10,226 nt of DNA, from positions 1-10,226 of the forward strand of contig NW_021827468.1 of the NCBI RefSeq assembly GCF_006345805.1. The letters are read 5' to 3'. The notes beneath the pieces are model-generated. The model was not told the origin of the DNA and did not search any database. It saw nothing but the letters and a program-made list of their open reading frames with translations. This document shows, in pieces, positions 1 to 6,949 of this stretch (the stretch's first letter is position 1; each line of letters starts with the position of its first letter). The position numbers were made by a program, and so were the translations under genes. This DNA comes from Octopus sinensis. Its lineage: Eukaryota.

Positions 1-402
1 AAAGGAATTGCAACAGGCATGTTCATCTCCAGTCTCGAGCTATTTGATTTTTTCGTTTTCCACATGAAACGGAAAATAAGGCTGGAGAAGAAATGCCTGT
101 CGCAAAGTGTGTTTCGTAAAAGATGGAAGTCTATAGCAAGTATGTTGCGAGTGAAAGAACCTGTTTAAACGAAAATGTAAAAAGGGAGAAAGCAAAGTCT
201 TCAGTGTGAGTATGTGGTTTGTGGGGTCGATCGTGTCCTCCGCTTCATTTTGTGTTAATCACTCATTCTCATTTAATTGTATATATTTTAATTGTTTGTT
301 TATTCATACGTTTCGTCTCATTCGATACCCTGACCCCCAACGTTTGTTTTGTCCCCTCTTTTTCTCAACCTTATGGTGAATAAAGAAATACTCTCTCCCC
401 CC

Positions 403-466
<64 letters not shown>

Positions 467-492
467 CCTACCTACCTACCTACCTATCTATC

Positions 493-542
<50 letters not shown>

Positions 543-624
543 ATATATATATATTATATACACTCTCTCTCTCTCTCTATCTATTTGTATATATATGAAT
601 TGTGCGTGTATTTATATATATATT

Positions 625-658
<34 letters not shown>

Positions 659-705
659 ATATATATCTATTTGTATATATATGAATATGTGCGTGTATTT
701 ATATA

Positions 706-746
<41 letters not shown>

Positions 747-792
747 CACACATATTCATATATATACAAATAGATAGAGAGAGAGAGAGAGA
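403..792. repeat. Compound microsatellite (TCTA)n/(CCTA)n/(TA)n/(CT)n/(AG)n
   Basis: Directly visible arrays: (TCTA)n from 403 to about 540, then TA-rich tracts, ending in (AG)n at about 776-792. Confidence 0.97.
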
Positions 793-1079
793 GGTGTATA
801 TATATATATGAGCAGCATTGTGTGTTCCCGTGTGTGCATATTGGTGCATACGCACTAAATATGAAATAATATATTAATCCTTATTTCTATTATAAAAACA
901 ATTAAGCAAATCGCATGAAGTCAGCTTAATAATTGCTTGCAGCAGATCATCATAATTATTGCAGTTGTTATTATTATTGTATTTTTTGTTTACGTACGTG
1001 TTTGTTTGTTTGCCTTGTATATTTAGATTTAAATTCATATGCCCTGTCATAATTGGCGCCGTATGTTCCTTGTGCGCGT

Positions 1080-1283
1080 TGTGTGTGTGTATGTGTTGTG
1101 TTGTGTCATGCATATGCTTCTGTGTACCATATGTGTATGTGTTTACATGTGAGTACTTGTGTACCTACGTAAATGTATCATCGTTTGTATGTATGTATGT
1201 ATGTATGTATGTATGTATGTATGTATGTATGTTTATATGTTTGTATGTATGTACATATCTACCTATCTATATATCTATCTATT

Positions 1284-1373
<90 letters not shown>

Positions 1374-1397
1374 ACACTTTGCGTGGTTCTGTCTTTC

Positions 1398-1432
<35 letters not shown>

Positions 1433-1612
1433 TGTGTGTGTGTATGTATGTATACCTATATATTTATGCATGTATGTAAATACACACACACATATATATA
1501 TATATACATATATAAATACGTATATATATATGTATGTATATGTGTGTGTGCTGTGTTTGCATGCGTTCATATGCGTTCATATGCATGCATTCATATGCAT
1601 GTATTTATATTG
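1080..1612. repeat. Compound microsatellite (TG)n/(TATG)n/(TCTG)n/(TCTA)n/(CT)n/(TA)n
   Basis: Visible arrays: (TATG)n about 1186-1232, (TCTG)/(TCTA)n about 1255-1372, (CT)n about 1397-1410, then TA/TG mixtures. Confidence 0.95.
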
Positions 1613-1770
1613 TTGTATACGTGGTGAGCGTGTGTACGTATTATCTGTTTACTTCCGTTGAATCTTTCAAATATGGTTTCGTTTAACGAGGGCGGTTTCA
1701 CATTGGCACTGCTTAGACGAATAATTTCATTAATGAATTTTCATTAAAAAGGTAAATAACCTGTGGAAAT

Positions 1771-1849
1771 ATCATCATCGCCGCCGCCGCCGCCGTCGTC
1801 GTCATCATCATCATCATCAGCATCATCATCATCACAACCATCACCATCA
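1771..1849. repeat. Compound trinucleotide repeat (ATC)n-(GCC)n-(GTC)n-(ATC)n-(ACC)
   Basis: atcatcatc gccgccgccgccgcc gtcgtcgtc atcatcatc...; the units stay in one register. Confidence 0.9.
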
Positions 1850-2062
1850 CGTAGTGAATGCTGCTTATGAATATGGGCGATATGACCGAGGGAAATACCT
1901 CGTTTTTTTAAATATCTGCTTGTTAAATCTAAATGCATGAGTTATCTCGCATATATAACTGCGATCAAGTGACATTAGCCACTCAATTATTAGGTAAAAT
2001 CTCCCTCTAAAGGTGTTTAAAATCTATAACCAAAAAGCAAGGGACAAAGCTCGAATATGACC

Positions 2063-2220
2063 AGTTATCAATAATTGGTCTGCGGTCATACTGGGGCACT
2101 GTTTTGACGGGGTTTATTCGAACGGATCGACCCTAATATTTGTTTTTGCTTTAGGTCTTGTACTTATTACATCGCCTTGTTTGTCGAAGTGCTAGGTTAT
2201 AGGGACGTAAACAAACCAAC
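2063..2220 (-). mobile_element. Diverged 3' half of the CORE-type octopus SINE (same family as 5300-5728)
   Basis: Aligns by eye with 5314-5450: ctgcggtcatactggggcactg vs ctgtggtcatgctggagcaccg; gatcgaccc vs aatcgaccc; gtacttatt in both; gggacgtaaaca in both. Confidence 0.75.
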
Positions 2221-2238
2221 GCTCAGTGAAAGGAGAGA

Positions 2239-2272
2239 GTTTGATGTTTCGAGCATAGCTCTTCATCGGAAA
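2239..2272 (-). ncRNA. Minimal type I hammerhead ribozyme-like motif (Penelope-like-element type), degenerate copy
   Basis: Minus strand reads UUU-CCGAUGA-A-GAGC-UAU-GCUC-GAAA-CA-UC-AAAC. Core variant CCGAUGA at 2269-2263, 4-bp stem II, GAAA at 2250-2247. Stem I has only 3 bp, and the ACGU stem-III palindrome is changed to ACAU. Confidence 0.65.
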
Positions 2273-2377
2273 GGAGAAAGAGAAAATTTCACACGTGTTT
2301 GATCCATTGCTGAAGTGACCAGAACTAGAAAGAAATAGAGAAAGTGGTTTTGGAGGACAGGAGAGTGAAGTCCGTCA

Positions 2378-2605
2378 GTATGTGTGTGTATGTGTTTGTG
2401 GACAAATATATATGTACATATGTGTGTGTGTGTATGTATGTATGTGTGTGTGTATGTGAATATATATGTTTATATGTCTGTGCGTTAATAAATCGACTTA
2501 GGATTGCATATTTAAAGTATCACCGAAATAAAAACATCATTCCTGATCATGTGATATATATATATATATATATATGTTTGTGTGTGTGTGTGTGTATGTG
2601 TATAC
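2378..2605. repeat. Compound (TG)n/(TATG)n/(TA)n microsatellites with short unique spacer
   Basis: Visible arrays at about 2378-2478 and about 2550-2605. Confidence 0.9.
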
Positions 2606-2620
2606 GCATTCCAAAATGTG

Positions 2621-2815
2621 ACCGCGCGTGTACCGTTGGCGATTATTTTCCCTCTGTCTTCCATTCTCTGGATCTTTCCTTCTCCTATGTTTCCGACGAA
2701 GAGCTCCGCTCGAAACGTTAAACCCTCCTTCTTTCCTTCTTTCCTGAGCGTCCAATAATACTATATTTGTTCCACGTCCTCACGTTGTTGTGTTTTTTTT
2801 GTGCTTTCTTGTTTG
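2621..2815 (+). mobile_element. Non-autonomous repeat fragment carrying a minimal hammerhead (probable Penelope-like pseudo-LTR derivative)
   Basis: Pyrimidine-rich unit surrounding the HHR motif at 2689-2723. Its 3' flank (aaac..ctcc...tttc.ctgagcgt) matches the 3' flank of the minus-strand motif at 2219-2242. Boundaries are set by the flanking microsatellites and are approximate. Confidence 0.55.
2689..2723 (+). ncRNA. Minimal type I hammerhead ribozyme-like motif (dimer type, palindromic ACGU stem III)
   Basis: GUUU-CCGACGA-A-GAGC-UCC-GCUC-GAAA-C-GUU-AAAC. Stem I GUUU(2689-2692)/AAAC(2720-2723); core 2693-2699; stem II GAGC/GCUC; GAAA 2712-2715; loopless stem III ACGU (2715-2718). Predicted cleavage after U2719. 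Confidence 0.72.
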
Positions 2816-2821
2816 GATTAA

Positions 2822-2997
2822 CTATCTATCTATCTATGCATATTATGTATATATATATATATATATATAATATTATATATATATATAACCACCAAACGGT
2901 ATATACAGGTGGTGCTTACAATTATCAAGTACTCACCCTGAATTCTATATATATAATTATATATATATATATATATATAATATAATATTATATATAT
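2822..2997. repeat. (TCTA)n/(TA)n tracts flanking a 59-bp unique island (2888-2946)
   Basis: Visible TA arrays at about 2845-2887 and about 2947-2997. Confidence 0.9.
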
Positions 2998-3080
2998 GTA
3001 GGTCCCGGGTTGATTCGGGGTTACCACAGTAAATAAGGTACTCAATACATAGCAGAGTAAAATAATTATTATATAGAAGG

Positions 3081-3133
3081 AGCTTCTACAGGACTAGAAA
3101 ACTGTTTCATTCAAGAGAAATCATCAGGAAGCT
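3081..3133 (-). ncRNA. Type I hammerhead ribozyme (minus strand)
   Basis: Minus strand reads AGCUUC-CUGAUGA-U-UUC-UCUU-GAA-U-GAAA-CAG-UUUUCUAGUC-CUG-UA-GAAGCU. Intact CUGAUGA (3127-3121) and GAAA (3108-3105), 6-bp stem I, stem III ACAG/CUGU, GUA cleavage triplet (cut between 3087 and 3086). There is a U-U mismatch at the base of stem II. Confidence 0.8.
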
Positions 3134-3180
3134 TCCTGATGATTTCTCTTGAATGAAACAGTTCCAGTCCTGTAGAAGCT
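3130..3180 (+). ncRNA. Type I hammerhead ribozyme (plus strand)
   Basis: AGCUUC(3130-3135)-CUGAUGA(3136-3142)-U-UUC-UCUU-GAA-U-GAAA(3155-3158)-CAG-UUCCAGUC-CUG-UA(3173-3174)-GAAGCU(3175-3180). GUA triplet, predicted cut after 3174. There is a U-U mismatch at the base of stem II. Confidence 0.8.
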
Positions 3181-3185
3181 CCTTC

Positions 3186-3330
3186 TATATAATAAATATA
3201 TATATATTATATATATATATATATATATTAATATATAATTATATATATACATATTATATTATATATATATATATATAAAATTATATATATATATCTATCA
3301 TATATATATATATAAATACACACACACAGA
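3186..3330. repeat. Imperfect (TA)n then (CA)n
   Basis: Directly visible. Confidence 0.95.
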
Positions 3331-3749
3331 CGCATATATATGAAAACTTCTAGCTTCACTAAACTTATGGCGTCTAACAAATCTTTCAGCGGACCACCAT
3401 AAAAATGTCAACGACACAAGAAAGAAAAGGTAAGTAAAGGATAAAGAATATAAAGAACACGAACACACAAGTACAACGAAATCTTTCAATTCGATCTATA
3501 TTACTCCTCGTATATTATATTACACAGCCACAATCGTTCAAAAGAACACGCACCCACACATTCGTACAATCACCTGCTCGCTTCTTTATTGGTATACCCA
3601 CAGGACTCTCTGTCGCTCGGTTACCTTCGTTCTTTGTCTCCTTTTTTTCTCCTCTCTTTATCTCTCCCTCTCCCTCCCCCTCTCTTTCTCTCTCACGTAA
3701 TGCTGCAATCCACCCCAATACCTTTCTCACTGTCAATATTGCAATCCGT

Positions 3750-3774
3750 TTCTGTCTGCCTGTCTGTTTCTCTG

Positions 3775-3856
<82 letters not shown>

Positions 3857-3897
3857 CCTACATTTATAATGCATATTTTATATAATTGTATATATAT

Positions 3898-3932
<35 letters not shown>

Positions 3933-3944
3933 CTTTTCTTCTAT

Positions 3945-4015
<71 letters not shown>

Positions 4016-4036
4016 GTTCAGTCTGTCTATCTGTCA

Positions 4037-4074
<38 letters not shown>

Positions 4075-4075
4075 A
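3750..4075. repeat. Compound (TCTG)n/(TCTA)n/(TA)n microsatellite
   Basis: (TCTA)n about 3774-3855 and about 3946-4014, (TA)n about 3880-3932, (TCTG)n about 4020-4070. Confidence 0.97.
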
Positions 4076-4080
4076 TGTCC

Positions 4081-4225
4081 TGAGTTCAAAATCCGCCATG
4101 GTCGACTTTGCCTTTCATCCTTTCGGGGTCGATAAATTAAGTACCAGTGAAACACTGGAAGTCTATCTAATTGACTAGACCCCTCTCACAAAATGTCAAG
4201 TCTTGTGCCTATAGTAGAAAGTATT
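4081..4225 (+). mobile_element. 5'-truncated tRNA-derived SINE with Nin/Deu-like central domain
   Basis: Begins at the B-box (gagttcaaa), then gactttgcctttcatcctttcggggtcgataaattaagtaccag, ending gtgcctatagtagaaag. It aligns with 4317-4442. The Nin/Deu resemblance is from recalled consensus. Confidence 0.85.
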
Positions 4226-4242
4226 GTTACTACAAGTGTAAA

Positions 4243-4442
4243 GGCGGCGAGCTAGCAGAATCGTTAGCAACGCCGGGCGAAATGCCTAATGGTATTTCGT
4301 CTGTCTCATCATGTTCTGAGATCAAATTCTGTCGCGGTCGATTTTGCCTTTCGGGGTCACTAAAATAAGTACCAGCAGAGTGCTGGAGTCGGTGTAATCG
4401 ACTATCACTATCCTCCAAAATTTCAGCCCTTCTGCCTATAGT
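4243..4442 (+). mobile_element. Near full-length tRNA-derived SINE with Nin/Deu-like domain
   Basis: 5' ggcggcgagctagcagaatcgttagc (A-box-like), B-box-like gagatcaaatt, body homologous to 4081-4225 with a small deletion. Confidence 0.85.
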
Positions 4443-4742
4443 TGTTTGTTCCTTCTCGTGCTATGCTTGGCTCTTAAGGGTCGATTTCATTGGCGTATAG
4501 GTTCCCCACCTGATCGGGACACCGGACCGCCGCAGGCGAGCTGCTAGATACAGGAGGAAAGCGTGAGAGAAAGTTGTGGCGAAAGACTCAACAGAAGTTC
4601 GCCATTACCTTCTGCCGGAGCCGCGTAGAGCTTAGGTGTTTCGCTCATAAACACACACTTTGTCCGGTCTGAGATTTGAACCCACAATCCGTCGACGGTC
4701 GATCGTGAGTCCGCTACGCTAACCACTAGGCCATATGCCTCC
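4441..4742 (-). mobile_element. Full-length tRNA-derived SINE (second family, CORE-like segment, (AAC)-type tail)
   Basis: Minus strand: A-box TGGCCTAGTGG (4733-4723), B-box GGTTCAAATC (4682-4673), tRNA-like head, body of about 230 nt, tail aacaaacaac at 4450-4441. Confidence 0.85.
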
Positions 4743-5159
4743 ACTTTTACCTATAGAAGAAAAGATTATTACTTCTTGTGTTATAAAAATTCTCTTTCGA
4801 TTTACCTAGCTCAGCCTTTCTTTCACTTTATTGCACTACTTCTCTTCACCCCACTTTCTCTTCTTACATTTCTTATTACATTTTATTTCGCCTTCATTTT
4901 ATTTCTTATAAATATCTCTCACACTTACTTTTTGTTCAACTTCCCACATGCATCACCCCTCCCGCCATCGCTCTCTCCTTTTCCTCCTGTCTTATGTAAC
5001 CCATTGTTTATATATCCTCAATATATCAACACGATGGCCCACACTTTCAATTTTTTTCTTCTTTTGTTTCTTTACACTCATTCTCGAACACACACGTCTT
5101 AAATAAATCAATCTTTGTTTATTCCCAAGCACACCCAAACTCCCTCACACTCTTCTTAG

Positions 5160-5176
5160 TATATATATGCATATAT

Positions 5177-5244
<68 letters not shown>

Positions 5245-5299
5245 CATATATATGTACGTATAAATATATATATGCATATATACGTATGCATATATATAT
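5160..5299. repeat. (TA)n with TGCA/TACGTA interruptions
   Basis: Directly visible. Confidence 0.95.
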
Positions 5300-5474
5300 T
5301 CTTTTATTTCTTTCAGTCATGACTGTGGTCATGCTGGAGCACCGCCTTTAGTCGAACAAATCGACCCGAGGACTTGTTCTTTGTAAGCCTAGTACTTATT
5401 CTATCGGTCTCTTTTGCGGAGCGCTAATGGACGGGGACGTAAACATATCAGCATCTGTTGCCAAGTGTATACAT

Positions 5475-5538
<64 letters not shown>

Positions 5539-5728
5539 ACATACACACACACTCATATATATATACAACGGGCTTCTTTCACTTTTCCATCTACCAAATC
5601 TACTCACAAGGCTTTGATCGGCCCGAAGCTATGGTAGAAGACACTTGCCCAAGGTGCCACGCAGTGGGACTGAAACCGGAACCACTTGGTTGGTAAGCAA
5701 GCTACTTACCACGCATCCACTCCTGCGC
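5300..5728 (-). mobile_element. Full-length CORE-type tRNA-derived SINE with an internal (TG)n/(TA)n microsatellite
   Basis: 5566-5724 is the reverse complement of 9966-10122 (about 18 differences in about 157 nt, counted by eye). The internal (CA)n/(TA)n runs 5468-5565. The 3' part 5300-5467 is homologous to 2063-2220, with an A-rich tail on the minus strand. It is probably one of the OK/OR1/OR2 octopus SINEs; exact family not assigned. Confidence 0.85.
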
Positions 5729-6190
5729 ATATACATATACATATATATATATTTATGTACATGTATGTATGCATTTATGTATATATGTATGTAGGTATAT
5801 ACATGTGTGAATGTATATATATCTTTGAGAATGTATGTATGTATGTTTGTATCTATATAGACACATATAAGTACTTGTACATAGCACTGCTATAACACGT
5901 GATTATATACGTATGTATATGTATATATATATACATATATATATTATATATATGAATATAAAGTATATGTGTGTGTGTGTGCGTGTGTGTGTGTGTACAT
6001 ATATAGCCTTATATACGTATATACTTGTATATACATATATATCTATGTATCCATGTATATATGCGTATTTTTACACATGCTTGTGAATATGTATACGTGA
6101 ACGAGCGAGCGAACGTGTGCGCGTGAGTGTTTGTGTGTGTGTGTGTGCGTGACTGTGTGTATGTGTATGTGTGTGTGTGTGCTTATGTGT
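5729..6190. repeat. Low-complexity TA/TATG/TG microsatellite mosaic
   Basis: Directly visible. Confidence 0.9.
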
Positions 6191-6269
6191 ACTTCTTAGG
6201 ATCTAATAGCTTGATCTTGTGGTCAGTACTTAGGCAGGATTTGAAATCAGGATGCAAAGAACTAAACCA

Positions 6270-6365
6270 GATATCGAATTAGACCACTATGGACTGGCAC
6301 TTTTATTATCAACCTCGAAAATATGAAAGGTGATGTCGACTCTGGTGATATTTGAATTCAAGGTG
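6270..6365 (-). mobile_element. Old diverged copy of the Nin/Deu-like SINE
   Basis: Minus strand ttgaattcaaatatcaccagagtcgacatcacctttcatattttcgaggttgataataaaagtgccag aligns with 4081-4146. Confidence 0.65.
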
Positions 6366-6419
6366 TTGAGAAATGGGAGGGAAACGAGAAGCTATTCCAT
6401 CTGACCCTTACAAAGACCA

Positions 6420-6738
6420 GTCCTTGTTGCAGAGTGTTAGCTTATGAGCCTCAATGATCCTAAGAGTGGACTGCATGCTCCTTGTAGGTCCTCCCAAGCT
6501 GGACAGGTCAAAGGATAAAGGCCAGGCTAATAGGGACTGTCTCTTCCCAGAGGGGAACATATATTTGCGTAGGCCCAACACCTGTATCTAGATAAAAGTA
6601 AAAGTTACATAAGCACCAATGACACTTGAAAGCTAACAAGACCTGGGAGAGCAAGGAGCGCCCAGAGTCGAGAACAGGGGAGACAATACGTCAATGACCT
6701 ATGCTCGAACAGGGAACGAGGGATTACGTAAGTAAGTA
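6420..6738 (+). mobile_element. Short RTE-clade derivative: 5'-UTR-like part joined to ORF C-terminus and (TAAG)n tail
   Basis: The 5' part (gcctcaatgatcctaagag...gctggacaggtcaaagg...ccaggctaa) resembles recalled RTE 5' UTRs. 6641-6728 translates, with one frameshift at 6659, to TWESKE/AQSREQGRQYVNDLCSNRERG, like the RTE ORF end (TW..AQ.R..WR..V..LCS). Tail taagtaagta at 6729-6738. Confidence 0.6.
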
Positions 6739-6949
6739 CGTAATTTATCTGATCTCAATCGACTCGGCTTCCTCACCATCTTTATGGTTTGTGTGTGGGT
6801 TTAATAACATGCAACATTCACGTTTTTGAATATGTGTTTGCACTTGATTGTTTTTTTTGTATATGTGTTCCTGTTTGATATGATACTGCCGCTATTTTCT
6901 CACATATATTGCAGCTTTACATTTTTCTCTCATTGGGCGTGTTTTATTG

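Larger units (their letters stand above)
3066..3195. repeat. 130-bp near-perfect palindrome (inverted duplication without spacer), centred on AAGCTT
   Basis: Checked base by base. 3066-3131 is the reverse complement of 3132-3195 except one mismatch (3096/3165) and a 2-nt indel in the A run at 3098-3101. The centre lies between 3131 and 3132. Confidence 0.98.

Noticed and set aside
1-211. Possible exon ending at a GTGAGT donor (206-211)
   Set aside because: Frame 1 is open for 55 codons but stops before the donor and resembles nothing I recognise. The exon-side context is weak. A UTR exon cannot be excluded without RNA data.
1701-1727. miR-96/182-like sequence TTGGCACTG...GAATAAT
   Set aside because: No complementary arm nearby, so no pre-miRNA hairpin.
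1744-1938. Asp/Gly-rich 64-aa ORF on the minus strand
   Set aside because: The acidic tract is just the trinucleotide repeat, and the flanks show no protein similarity I recognise.
4670-4742. tRNA gene on the minus strand
   Set aside because: A and B boxes are present, but the region beyond the anticodon-like arm has an insertion, there is no proper acceptor stem, and it continues into a SINE body and tail.
6480-6600. HDV-like ribozyme in the RTE-like 5' region (known from some RTE 5' UTRs)
   Set aside because: I could not build the nested double pseudoknot from this diverged copy. A descriptor search on the family consensus would be needed.
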